Source: Minisyncoccia bacterium
GTDB lineage: Bacteria > Patescibacteriota > Minisyncoccia > Phycocordibacterales > UBA9973
NCBI GenBank assembly: GCA_049287305.1
Contig: JBAQFO010000014.1
Coordinates: forward strand, 453 to 64,452
Length of the DNA: 64,000 nt
Direction of reading: 5' to 3'
In this document: in pieces, positions 44,431 through 53,750 of the stretch
Layout: each line of letters opens with the position of its first letter
Position numbering within the stretch: position 1 is the stretch's first letter
Notes under the pieces: model-generated
The model's database searches: none
What the model was told of the DNA's origin: nothing
Seen by the model: the letters and a program-made list of their open reading frames with translations, nothing else
Made by a program: the position numbers and the translations under genes

Positions 44431-46278
44431 ATGCAATCAGATGAAATTAGGTCAAGATTTTTAAAATTTTTTGAAAAAAGGGGACATAAAATAATTCCCT
44501 CAGCTTCGCTCGTGCCTTTGAATGACCCGACCACTCTTTTTACTGGTTCGGGGATGCAACCAATGATTCCTTATTTGCTTGGTCAACCACATCCGCTGGG
44601 TAGACGCATTGCTGATTCACAAAAATCTTTCCGCACAGGAGACATAGATGAAGTGGGCGACAACCGACACACCACATTTTTTGAGATGTTGGGGAATTGG
44701 TCTCTTGGTGATTTTTTTAAAAACGAACAAATACCATGGATTTTCGAGTTTTTAATGGATGAAATTAAAATTGACCCGAATAAACTTTATATTACTGCTT
44801 TTATCGGTGATGAAAAAAACAATATCCCCAAAGATCCAGAATCAGCACAAATTTGGAAAAAACTTTTCTTAACTAAAGGAATTGAGGCGAAGGAAGTTGA
44901 TATTGGAAGTGAAGAGAATGGGTATAAGGTTGGCATGCAAGGAGGTAGAATTTTCTATTATGATGTGAAAAAAAATTGGTGGAGTCGTTCCGGAATCCCA
45001 GACAATATGCCGGCCGGAGAACCGGGCGGGCCTGATTCTGAAATGTTTTATGAATTTACAGGTGTAAAGCATGATGAAAAATTTGGTAAATATTGTCATC
45101 CGAATTGTGATTGCGGTAGATTCCTTGAAATTGGCAACAATGTTTTTATGGAATATAGAAAGAATGAAGATGGGACTTTTTCCTTATTACCACAAAAGAA
45201 TGTTGATTTTGGCGGCGGGCTAGAACGCTTGGTTATGGCCTCCAATAATTTGCCAGATATTATAAAAACAAACCACCAATCAATTATTGATTATATCGAA
45301 AAAGTTTCTAATAAAACTTACGGCACAAACAAAGAAGAAACAAAATCTTTTAGGATAATTGCTGACCATATAAAAGGTTCTGTTTTTTTAATTGGCGATG
45401 GGGTGAATCCTTCAAATACAGATAAGGGATATTTTGTAAGGAGATTGCTCAGGCGCGCTGTATTAAATTGGGATAAATTAGGGATTGAAGAAAAAGGATT
45501 ATCTGAGCTTGTTGACTCAGCCTTAGAATCTTACAAGGATGCTTATCCCGATACTTATGAAAAAAGGGAAGTTATAAAGAAAGAAGTAGACAAAGAAGAA
45601 AGTAAATTTAGAGAAACTTTAAAACACGGCTTAAAAGAATTTGAAAAAGGCGTAGACCCCTTTGTGCTCGCCACTACTTATGGTTTCCCTATAGAGCTTA
45701 CAATAGAGCTAGCACAAGAAAGAGGGCAAGAAATTAACCTTGAAGAATTTCACAAAAAGATGGCAGAGCATCAGAAGCTTTCACAGACTTCTTCTGCCGG
45801 TATGTTTAAGGGCGGACTTGCGAACCACAATGAAAAAACAATAAAACTGCACACCGCCCATCATTTGCTCCTAGCGGGTCTGCAGGCCGTCGTGAGCCCT
45901 GAAATCAAGCAAAGGGGGAGCAATATAACTGAAGAGCGCCTGCGTATAGACTTTCTCTGTGACCATAAATTATCTGACGACGAAAAGAAAAAAGTAGAAG
46001 ACTGGGTAAATGACAAGATAAAGCGAGGATTGAACGTGGTGCGGCGAGAGATGCCTTTTGCTGAGGCGGAAAAAATCGGGGCCGAAATGGAGTTTGGAGC
46101 CAAATACCCGGAAATAGTTTCTCTTTATTTTATAGAAGATGAAAACGGTAATGCTGTTTCCAAAGAATTTTGTGGCGGTCCGCATGTCACTAACACAAAA
46201 GAGCTAAGCCAGTTTAAAATCCAGAAAGAGGAAGCCGTAGCACAGGGGATAAGGCGCATAAAAGCCGTTCTTCTATAG
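44431..46278 (+). CDS. alaS: Alanine--tRNA ligase, short form lacking the C-terminal C-Ala/oligomerisation region.
   Basis: The N-terminus FLKFFEKRGHKIIPSASLVPLNDPTTLFTGSGMQP is the class II AlaRS core. Editing-domain HxxxH...CGGPH motifs. 615 aa. Confidence 0.85.
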   Translation: MQSDEIRSRFLKFFEKRGHKIIPSASLVPLNDPTTLFTGSGMQPMIPYLLGQPHPLGRRIADSQKSFRTGDIDEVGDNRHTTFFEMLGNWSLGDFFKNEQIPWIFEFLMDEIKIDPNKLYITAFIGDEKNNIPKDPESAQIWKKLFLTKGIEAKEVDIGSEENGYKVGMQGGRIFYYDVKKNWWSRSGIPDNMPAGEPGGPDSEMFYEFTGVKHDEKFGKYCHPNCDCGRFLEIGNNVFMEYRKNEDGTFSLLPQKNVDFGGGLERLVMASNNLPDIIKTNHQSIIDYIEKVSNKTYGTNKEETKSFRIIADHIKGSVFLIGDGVNPSNTDKGYFVRRLLRRAVLNWDKLGIEEKGLSELVDSALESYKDAYPDTYEKREVIKKEVDKEESKFRETLKHGLKEFEKGVDPFVLATTYGFPIELTIELAQERGQEINLEEFHKKMAEHQKLSQTSSAGMFKGGLANHNEKTIKLHTAHHLLLAGLQAVVSPEIKQRGSNITEERLRIDFLCDHKLSDDEKKKVEDWVNDKIKRGLNVVRREMPFAEAEKIGAEMEFGAKYPEIVSLYFIEDENGNAVSKEFCGGPHVTNTKELSQFKIQKEEAVAQGIRRIKAVLL

Positions 46279-46311
46279 TTTATATTTCTTGCTTTGTGAT
46301 ATAATTATCCT

Positions 46312-47493
46312 ATGAGGATTTTTCCTAAACCGCAAAAAGTAGATGAACTGATTGCCGTGTTTAATATTGGTTCTTCTTCCGTGGGCGGAGCTCTTTTTTT
46401 AGCTCAGAATTCTGGGGTTCCGAAAATTATTTTTTCCACAACCCAGCCATTGCTCGTGGAGGAAAAACTGAATGCGGATAAATTTCTGGCATTTACCATC
46501 TCCACGCTGGACTCGGTCGCGAAAGAGGTATTTGCTTCCGGGCTGGGCGCTCCAAAGCGTATTTTCTGCGTTTTATCTTCGCCTTGGTATGTGTCCCAGA
46601 CGCGCACTATTATTTTTAAGCAGAATACCTCGTTCTTGTTTACCGAAAAACTTGCGGACGAATTAATACAGAAAGAGATAAAAATTTTTGAAGAAGAAAA
46701 TGCCGTGAAATATCCGGGAGGCAGCAAGGATGTTCGGCCCATTGAATTAAAAAACGTGAAAACAATCTTAAACGGATACGAAGCGTCGAGCCCGCTGGGG
46801 CAGAAGGCCCAAGAACTTGAGATGGTAATGTTTGTTTCTATTGGGGGAGAACAAATGCTTTCTCGGGTAGAAGAAACTATTCGGAAGTATTTTCATTTTG
46901 AGGCAATAAAGTTTTCTTCTTTTGCTATGGCTTCTTTTACGGTTTTGCGCGACAAATATGTGAACCAGTCAAACTTTCTTTTGGTTGATATCGGAGGCGA
47001 GATGACAGATATTTTCTTGGCTAAAAAAAATGTCCTTCAGGAGTCTGTTTCTTATCCGCTTGGGGTAAACTTCTTAACGCGGAAGATTGCTACGGAATTG
47101 GGGTGCACCCTGGGAGAAGCCATTTCTCTGATATCTTTATTTAAAGACGGGCATGCGGAAAAATCAGTGGCGGAGAAGCTTGGGCTGGTATTGTCTACAA
47201 TCAAAAAAGAATGGCTTAAAAACTTCCAAGAATCTCTGGCCAATCTCTCCAAGGATATTTCTATTCCCGCTTCCATTTTTATAATTGTAGACAAAGATAT
47301 GGTTGATTTTTTTTCGGAAATTATAAAATCGGAGCAATTTAGCCAATACACTCTGACAGAATCCAAATTCGAAGTTACTTTCCTCGGCTTGCCGGCGCTT
47401 CACGACACCGCTACTTTCGAAGAAAACGTGATTCGGGAGCCGTTTCTTATAGTGGATGCTGTTTACATTAATCGCTTTTTGACTAAAATATAA
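46312..47493 (+). CDS. Actin-fold ATPase-like protein (FtsA/PilM/MreB superfamily), hypothetical.
   Basis: Phosphate-1-like FNIGSSSVGGALF and phosphate-2-like LLVDIGGEMTDIFLA. 393 aa. Confidence 0.4.
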   Translation: MRIFPKPQKVDELIAVFNIGSSSVGGALFLAQNSGVPKIIFSTTQPLLVEEKLNADKFLAFTISTLDSVAKEVFASGLGAPKRIFCVLSSPWYVSQTRTIIFKQNTSFLFTEKLADELIQKEIKIFEEENAVKYPGGSKDVRPIELKNVKTILNGYEASSPLGQKAQELEMVMFVSIGGEQMLSRVEETIRKYFHFEAIKFSSFAMASFTVLRDKYVNQSNFLLVDIGGEMTDIFLAKKNVLQESVSYPLGVNFLTRKIATELGCTLGEAISLISLFKDGHAEKSVAEKLGLVLSTIKKEWLKNFQESLANLSKDISIPASIFIIVDKDMVDFFSEIIKSEQFSQYTLTESKFEVTFLGLPALHDTATFEENVIREPFLIVDAVYINRFLTKI

Positions 47494-47495
47494 TT

Positions 47496-48833
47496 ATGGC
47501 TAAATTTTTAATGGAAGACATGGTAAAGACCAAGCGGGCCAGAAAAGAAGGCCGAGACACGAATCAAGAAATTTTACCCAAGGAAACCGTCCAAAAAAAG
47601 CCAATCATAAAGAAAGAAGTTGAATATAAAGAACCCGTCGAAAAGGTAGCATTAGTTGTCCCAAGGCATTCAAAAACAAAAAACGGCCCAAAGATTACAT
47701 TATGGCTGGTGGCCGGAATGTCTCTAGTGTTCTTTTTCTTTGCCGTGTCATTTCTTTTTTCTAGTGCCAAGATAAGTGTGAATCCGAAAACGGAGGATGT
47801 ATCCCTCAACAAGAATTTTGCCGCCAGCAAACAATCTTCTAATGGCGCTCTATTTTTTGACTTAGTTGTTATTTCCGGAGAGGAGCAATCCACAATAAAA
47901 GCTACGGGAGAAAAAGATGTTGCCGAAAAAGCAACAGGGGTGGTTGTGATATTCAACTCCTTCAGTTCATCTCCCCAGAGACTAGATGTTGATACTAGGC
48001 TGGAAGGTTCCAATGGGAAGCTATATAAAACCAAGTCGGCGGTAACTGTTCCGGGCAAAAAAACTGATGGCACAGCCGGGAAAGTGGAGGTAGGTATTTA
48101 TGGGGCTCAGGCGGGGGAGGAATATAACAGCGGACCCTTGGATTTTTACGTGGTAGGATTTAAAGGCACCCCCAAGTATGAAAAATTCAAAGTAAGAACC
48201 AAGGAGGGCACGGAAATTAAAGGTGGATTTGTCGGCAAAGCTCCAATTGTTTCCGAAACCGAAAAAGCAACGGCTTCCACGGCTCTTGAATCTGCCCTTA
48301 GGGGAAAGCTTTTGCAAAAAGCCACAGACCAGATTCCGGCCGGATTTATTTTGTTTAAAGACGCGGTTGTTCTTAACGCGGATGTGAATAACGTTAATTC
48401 TGTTTATAATAGCGACCAGAGCGTAAATTTGGTTCTAAAGGGGACCCTGTATGGAATTCTTTTTAGCGAAGAAAAATTAACCCAAAAGATAACCGAAAGT
48501 TCGGTAGAAAAATACAACGGAGAAGAAGTTTATATTCCCAACATCCGAGGTTTGAATTTTACTTTATCGGGAGGGTTGGGAGATGTGACCTTGGACACCG
48601 TTGATAATATCAGTTTTAATTTGTCAGGTGATGCTAAAATAGTATGGAAGGTGGATGAAGAGAAGTTTGCAGCGTCACTTCTCGGTAGTCAAAAGAAAGA
48701 ATTTGTTGAAATTGTTTCAAAATATGAAAACATAGATTCAGCCAATTTAAAGGTAAACCCTCCATGGAGAGATTCCATCCCGGAAAAAGAGAGCGATGTG
48801 AAGATTGAAGTGAATTATCCAAAACAGCCTTAA
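47496..48833 (+). CDS. Single-pass membrane protein with a large extracytoplasmic domain, hypothetical.
   Basis: Lys-rich cytoplasmic N-terminus, one TM (ITLWLVAGMSLVFFFFAVSFLF), 445 aa. The arrangement with the upstream actin-fold gene resembles pilM-pilN or ftsA-anchor pairs (inference only). Confidence 0.3.
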   Translation: MAKFLMEDMVKTKRARKEGRDTNQEILPKETVQKKPIIKKEVEYKEPVEKVALVVPRHSKTKNGPKITLWLVAGMSLVFFFFAVSFLFSSAKISVNPKTEDVSLNKNFAASKQSSNGALFFDLVVISGEEQSTIKATGEKDVAEKATGVVVIFNSFSSSPQRLDVDTRLEGSNGKLYKTKSAVTVPGKKTDGTAGKVEVGIYGAQAGEEYNSGPLDFYVVGFKGTPKYEKFKVRTKEGTEIKGGFVGKAPIVSETEKATASTALESALRGKLLQKATDQIPAGFILFKDAVVLNADVNNVNSVYNSDQSVNLVLKGTLYGILFSEEKLTQKITESSVEKYNGEEVYIPNIRGLNFTLSGGLGDVTLDTVDNISFNLSGDAKIVWKVDEEKFAASLLGSQKKEFVEIVSKYENIDSANLKVNPPWRDSIPEKESDVKIEVNYPKQP

Positions 48834-48892
48834 TTTGAAATAAACCAAAGTTTGACATAACTTCTATATTTTTCTATAATTAAGGCCAATAC

Positions 48893-49123
48893 ATGAGTGA
48901 TTCAAAGGAAAAAATAGCGACCACCAGAGGAGTTGTGACCGAAGCTCTTCCTAGCACTCTATTCAGAGTTAAAATACAAGATGCTAAAGAAGGGGAGAAA
49001 GAAATTCTTGCCTACTTGGGTGGCAAGATGCGGATGCACAGAATCAAGGTTTTGATAGGAGACGCGGTAGAGGTCGTGCTTGATACTTATGGAGGTAAGG
49101 GGAGAATAATCAAGAGATTGTAA
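48893..49123 (+). CDS. infA: Translation initiation factor IF-1.
   Basis: 76 aa S1-like fold: VVTEALPSTLFRVKIQ ... LGGKMRMHRIKVLIGDAVEV. Confidence 0.9.
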   Translation: MSDSKEKIATTRGVVTEALPSTLFRVKIQDAKEGEKEILAYLGGKMRMHRIKVLIGDAVEVVLDTYGGKGRIIKRL

Positions 49124-49257
49124 GGGGCTTGTAATTTTTAAACCAATAGTGTATTATAGTATTTACTGTTTAGTTGGGGTTTTAAAAAGTTAAAAGCATT
49201 GAAAAATAAGGGTTTTTTCCTTGTTTTTCTATTGTATTGTCTTCTATAAAATTTTTT

Positions 49258-49368
49258 ATGAAAATAAAATCAGCGGTGAAGAAAATTTGTGATAATTGTA
49301 AACTGGTCCGACGCGCCAGGCATTTAAGAATAATTTGCTCTAATCCAAAGCACAAACAAAAACAATAA
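49258..49368 (+). CDS. rpmJ: 50S ribosomal protein L36.
   Basis: 36 aa [36 protein letters not shown] matches the L36 C-x2-C...C...H zinc ribbon. Below the ORF-track size cutoff. Confidence 0.9.
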   Translation: MKIKSAVKKICDNCKLVRRARHLRIICSNPKHKQKQ

Positions 49369-49371
49369 TTT

Positions 49372-49752
49372 ATGAGAATACTAGGAATCACCGTGCCAAA
49401 TGAGAAGAGATTAGAAATTGGGCTAACAGTCCTTTATGGGATTGGTATTTCTTCCGCTAGGAAGATTTTAGACCAGGTGGGAATTGACCGAGGTAAGAAA
49501 GCTCAAGATTTGACTGCTGAAGAAGAAAACAGCATCCGAGCCATTGTTGAAAAAATAATGATTGAGGGTAACCTAAAGAGAGAAGTAGCTGCTAACATCA
49601 AACGTCTTAAGGATATAAAGAGCCATAGGGGGGTTAGGCACATGAAGAGGCTTCCGGTCAGAGGACAGCGCACCAAGACGAACTCTCGAACAGTCAGAGG
49701 AAACGTGCGAAAGACTATGGCCTCCGGTAAAAGAAAAGAAAGCAAAACATAA
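49372..49752 (+). CDS. rpsM: 30S ribosomal protein S13.
   Basis: MRILGITVPNEKRLEIGLTVLYGIG is the canonical S13 N-terminus. 126 aa. Confidence 0.95.
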   Translation: MRILGITVPNEKRLEIGLTVLYGIGISSARKILDQVGIDRGKKAQDLTAEEENSIRAIVEKIMIEGNLKREVAANIKRLKDIKSHRGVRHMKRLPVRGQRTKTNSRTVRGNVRKTMASGKRKESKT

Positions 49753-49764
49753 TTAAATTTTAAA

Positions 49765-50208
49765 ATGCCAAAGACAAAAACAACAACAAAAGAAGTGAAA
49801 GAAGAAGTCGGAGCGGAAGCCGAGGCAGCCAAGGCGCCTGTAAGTAAAACCGCCAAGAAGAAAGTAACTTCCGGCGTGTTGCACATTGAAGCTACGTTCA
49901 ACAACACCAAAGTTCTTTTTTCCGATAAAATCGGTAACACGTTGTTTTGGTCAAGTTCAGGGAGTCTCGGATTCAGGGGAGCCAAGAAAGGAACTCCGTT
50001 CGCGGCTTCAAAAGTTGGAGACATTATCGGAGACAAGGCCGCTGTGCTTGGAGTAAAAGATGCGGATGTTGTTGTGCTTGGAGTGGGTTCCGGAAGAGAG
50101 CCTGCTATTCGGGCATTCATGGCTCATGGTATAGAAATTACTTCCATTTTGGATGCTACACCTGTGCCTCACAACGGACCAAAGGCCAAGAAGCCTAGAC
50201 GAGTATAA
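49765..50208 (+). CDS. rpsK: 30S ribosomal protein S11.
   Basis: GVLHIEATFNNTKVLFSD...GFRGAKKGTPFAA. 147 aa. Confidence 0.95.
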   Translation: MPKTKTTTKEVKEEVGAEAEAAKAPVSKTAKKKVTSGVLHIEATFNNTKVLFSDKIGNTLFWSSSGSLGFRGAKKGTPFAASKVGDIIGDKAAVLGVKDADVVVLGVGSGREPAIRAFMAHGIEITSILDATPVPHNGPKAKKPRRV

Positions 50209-50230
50209 ATAATTAGCATTAAACAAGATT

Positions 50231-50833
50231 ATGATATCAAAACCAAAGTTTAAAATTTGCAGAAGGTTGGGCCCAGGAGTTTATGACAAATGTCAGACTC
50301 CTAAATTTTCAGCCGCAACGGCAAAAACTTTGCCTGGGGGTAAACGTCCAAAGGCTCCTACCGAATATGGTGCTCAACTTTTGGAAAAACAAAAAATTCG
50401 TTTTTCATACGGAATTTCTGAACGCCAGCTTTCAAACTATGTGAAGAAAGCAGCTACTTTAAAGGGAGCGGGCACAGCCGAGAAGCTTTTTGAAAGTCTT
50501 GAGTCTCGCTTGGACAACGCTGTATACAGGATGGGACTTACTCCTAGCCGACGTGGAGCGAGGCAGATGGTTTCCCACGGGCATTTCATAGTAAACAATC
50601 ACCGAGTCACTATCCCTTCTTATGAATTAAAGACGGGCGATGTGGTGAAGATAAGAGAGGGGAGCAAGGCAAAGAAAATTTTTGAAAATCTTGGAGACAA
50701 ACTGAAAGATTACACCGCTCCAACTTGGGTTTCTTTTGACCAAGGAAGCATGGAAGGGAAAATTTTAGCAAAACCAAAAAATACCGAAACATTCTTGGAC
50801 ATTAACGCGGTCTTGGAATTTTATAGCCGTTAA
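50231..50833 (+). CDS. rpsD: 30S ribosomal protein S4.
   Basis: KICRRLG...LESRLDNAVYRMGLTPSRRGARQMVSHGHFIVNN. 200 aa. Confidence 0.95.
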   Translation: MISKPKFKICRRLGPGVYDKCQTPKFSAATAKTLPGGKRPKAPTEYGAQLLEKQKIRFSYGISERQLSNYVKKAATLKGAGTAEKLFESLESRLDNAVYRMGLTPSRRGARQMVSHGHFIVNNHRVTIPSYELKTGDVVKIREGSKAKKIFENLGDKLKDYTAPTWVSFDQGSMEGKILAKPKNTETFLDINAVLEFYSR

Positions 50834-50907
50834 TTTATTATTTTGTGTCTGCGCCCAAAGGGAGCGCGAAGTATTATAAAAATTAAGAAAAAATATTTTA
50901 AAAAATT

Positions 50908-51894
50908 ATGCCTGAATATAAAATAATTATGCCATCAAAGCCTCGTGTTGTTTTGGAAGAAGGCAACAAAGGAGTATTTGAAATAGACGGCTTATATCCC
51001 GGATACGGCCATACCTTGGGTAACAGCTTGAGGCGCATTATCCTTTCATCTTTGCCAGGCGCAAGCATAACCTCTATCAAAATAGACGGGGTTTCTCACG
51101 AATTCCAAACAATGGATGGTATCAAAGAAGATGTCATAGTTATGATTTTAAATCTGAAGAAAGCGCGATTCAAAATGCTTTCCGATGAGCCTCAGACCAT
51201 AAATCTTTCTATCAAGGGACCAAAAGAAATTTTGGCATCCGACATAAAGACCGGCGGACAGGTAGAGATTTTAAACCCGGAACTTCATATCGCCGAAGTT
51301 ACCGGAAAAATCAATTTGAATATAGAAATGAAAATTGAGAAAGGCTTAGGCTTTATCGCCAAAGAAGTTTTTCAAAAAGAAAAAGTAGACGTGGGTACCA
51401 TAGCCGTGGATGCTATCTTTACGCCTATTCGCCGAGTTGCCTATGAGGTGGAAAATATGCGCGTTGGCGATAAAACAAACCATAACCGCCTACGCATTTC
51501 AATAGAAACCGACGGCACACTTTCACCTCGCGAAGCCCTTTCAAATTCTATTGAAATAATGATAAACCAATTAAAGTCTATTATTGATTTCAAGGAACCT
51601 GAAGAGGAAGAAGTAAAAATTGAGAAAAAATCTTCCAAAGCGGAAGAAGAAAAAGACGGTGAAAAGGACGAAAAGAAAGGTGCTGACTTTGCCGACGTTC
51701 TAAAGACCCGCACAGACGGACTTGACCTGTCTACTCGAACCCTTAACGCTTTGACTTCCGCCAACATTAGGACTCTCGGAGGCCTTGCGAGAAAGAAGCG
51801 AGAAGACTTGTTGGAAGTAGAAGGCATCGGTGAAAAGGGAATTACTGAAATTAAAAAAGTTTTGAATAAATTCGGCCTTAATCTGAAAGAATAA
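50908..51894 (+). CDS. rpoA: DNA-directed RNA polymerase alpha subunit.
   Basis: GYGHTLGNSLRRILLSSLPG, and a C-terminal domain with LDLSTRTLNAL and EDLL. 328 aa. Confidence 0.95.
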   Translation: MPEYKIIMPSKPRVVLEEGNKGVFEIDGLYPGYGHTLGNSLRRIILSSLPGASITSIKIDGVSHEFQTMDGIKEDVIVMILNLKKARFKMLSDEPQTINLSIKGPKEILASDIKTGGQVEILNPELHIAEVTGKINLNIEMKIEKGLGFIAKEVFQKEKVDVGTIAVDAIFTPIRRVAYEVENMRVGDKTNHNRLRISIETDGTLSPREALSNSIEIMINQLKSIIDFKEPEEEEVKIEKKSSKAEEEKDGEKDEKKGADFADVLKTRTDGLDLSTRTLNALTSANIRTLGGLARKKREDLLEVEGIGEKGITEIKKVLNKFGLNLKE

Positions 51895-51897
51895 TTT

Positions 51898-52254
51898 ATG
51901 AGACACCATAACACAAAAAGAAAATTCGGAAGAGTAAAAAAGCAAAAAAACGCCCTCATGAACTCTTTGGCGCTCAATTTGATTGTGCGTGAAAAAATAA
52001 AGACAACAGAGCCGAAAGCAAAGGAACTCCGACCATTCATAGAAAAGCTTGTAACTCGCGCCAAGAAAGGTGATGTGGCTACTCGACGTCTAATAATTTC
52101 CAAGTTATCCAACCGCAGCCGAGAAGTGAAAAAACTTTTTGAAGTTATTGCGCCAAAGTACTCCGGAAAAAGCGGAGGATATACAAGAATTGTTAAATTA
52201 GGCGCCCGAAAGTCGGATGGGGCAAAGATGGCAATAATAGAATTCGTGGAATAA
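51898..52254 (+). CDS. rplQ: 50S ribosomal protein L17.
   Basis: MRHHNTKRKFGRVKKQKNALMNSLA. 118 aa. Confidence 0.95.
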   Translation: MRHHNTKRKFGRVKKQKNALMNSLALNLIVREKIKTTEPKAKELRPFIEKLVTRAKKGDVATRRLIISKLSNRSREVKKLFEVIAPKYSGKSGGYTRIVKLGARKSDGAKMAIIEFVE

Positions 52255-52299
52255 ACCTTCTGGAATCCTAACTTGTTTAAATTTCGAAAATAACATAGT

Positions 52300-52680
52300 A
52301 TGACAAAGCAAATGAATAAAATTACAAACACAAGAGAAGAGAAGACCATAGACGCCGAAGGAAGGACGCTAGGACGCGTGGCAAGCGAGGTTGCGATGTC
52401 ACTTATGGGCAAGACCAAAGCTACATTTGAACGAAATAAATATTCGGGTTTTCCCGTTAAAGTAGTGAATGCGTCCAAGCTTCGCATTACCGCCAAGAAA
52501 TTGGAAGAAATTTTCCACACTCGATATTCCGGAATCCCTGGAGGTTTGCGAATTTTAAAAGGAACCGAAACAGCCGAAAAGAGAGGCCTGAAGGAGCTTG
52601 TAAAGCTTGCAACTTACCAGATGCTTCCTGACAACAAATTGCGCAGAACAATGATGAAAAATTTAAAGATTGAAGATTAA
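52300..52680 (+). CDS. rplM: 50S ribosomal protein L13 (short).
   Basis: DAEGRTLGRVASEVAMSLMGK and the conserved rplM-rpsI pairing. 126 aa. Confidence 0.85.
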   Translation: MTKQMNKITNTREEKTIDAEGRTLGRVASEVAMSLMGKTKATFERNKYSGFPVKVVNASKLRITAKKLEEIFHTRYSGIPGGLRILKGTETAEKRGLKELVKLATYQMLPDNKLRRTMMKNLKIED

Positions 52681-53104
52681 TAATATGGATAAAGAAACTA
52701 CAAAAGGTAAATACATAGAAGCAGTAGGACGACGCAAGACTTCGACCGCGCGAGTAAGAATAACTCCGTCCGCGAAATCCCATTTCGTTATCAACGGAAA
52801 GGATGCCAAAGAATACTTAAAGACAGAAGTAGAGCGTCGCTTGATACTTGACCCTATTGCCAAAGGTCTGCCTACCGGAGCTACCGGCAAGTGGAGCGTT
52901 GAGGTGCTTGTTTCCGGAGGAGGCACACATTCTCAGGCGGAAGCAATACGCCACGGTTTATCTAGAGCCTTGGTTCTTTCTGATGGAACTTTACGCGGAG
53001 GATTGAAGACTTTAGGATATTTAAAAAGAGACCCAAGAGCAAAAGAACGAAGAAAATTCGGACTGAAGAAAGCCCGCAAAGCTCCTCAGTGGTCTAAACG
53101 ATAA
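52670..53104 (+). CDS. rpsI: 30S ribosomal protein S9; the start may be Met52685.
   Basis: GGGTHSQAEAIRHGLSRAL and the C-terminal KRDPRAKERRKFGLKKARKAPQWSKR. 144 aa. Confidence 0.95.
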   Translation: MKINNMDKETTKGKYIEAVGRRKTSTARVRITPSAKSHFVINGKDAKEYLKTEVERRLILDPIAKGLPTGATGKWSVEVLVSGGGTHSQAEAIRHGLSRALVLSDGTLRGGLKTLGYLKRDPRAKERRKFGLKKARKAPQWSKR

Positions 53105-53114
53105 TTTTAAAGAA

Positions 53115-53144
53115 AAAATCCCCCTTTCAAGGGGGATTTTTTTA
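53115..53144 (+). terminator. Rho-independent terminator (AAATCCCCCTT-TCA-AGGGGGATTT plus T7).
   Basis: Seen in sequence after rpsI. Confidence 0.75.
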
Positions 53145-53159
53145 TGCTAAAGTAAGGAG

Positions 53160-53750
53160 ATGAGCGACGAAGAAACCAAAAAAGACATTGAGAATACTGA
53201 GCCAGAAGACGACGTGGTGGAATTTGAATTTAACGAGGACGGGGAGGAAGATTTAAAGAAAACTCTAAAAAAGCTTAGGGCGGATTTGAAAGAGGTAAAA
53301 AAGGAAAAGGAAGAATATTTAACAGGCTGGCAGAAAGAGCGGGCGGAATTTGCTAATTATAGAAAACAAGAAGATGACCGCAAGGCCATGGTTTCCGAGA
53401 GCCTCAGAGAGCGTATTTTGACCAGATTTCTTACCGTGGTGGATAGCTTCAATATGGCTTTCGCCAACAAAGAAGCCTGGGAGAAAGTTGATGAGAATTG
53501 GAGGCGTGGGGTGGAATATATCTATGCCCAAATGAATACTATTTTTGAAGAATATGGAGTAAAGCCACTCGGAGTAGAAGGTGAGGACTTTGACCCTAAT
53601 GTCCATCAATCCGTAGATGTGGTAGAAACAGGCGATAAAGAACTAGAACACAAAGTGGCAACGGTCATTCAAAAAGGATACAAATTAGGAGAACGCGTTA
53701 TCCGCCCAGCAAGAGTGAATGTGTATGAATACAAAGAAACAGATAAATAA
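53160..53750 (+). CDS. grpE: Nucleotide exchange factor GrpE.
   Basis: Acidic N-terminus, a long coiled-coil helix (LKKLRADLKEVKKEKEEYL...RAEFANYRKQ) and a C-terminal beta domain. 196 aa. Confidence 0.85.
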   Translation: MSDEETKKDIENTEPEDDVVEFEFNEDGEEDLKKTLKKLRADLKEVKKEKEEYLTGWQKERAEFANYRKQEDDRKAMVSESLRERILTRFLTVVDSFNMAFANKEAWEKVDENWRRGVEYIYAQMNTIFEEYGVKPLGVEGEDFDPNVHQSVDVVETGDKELEHKVATVIQKGYKLGERVIRPARVNVYEYKETDK

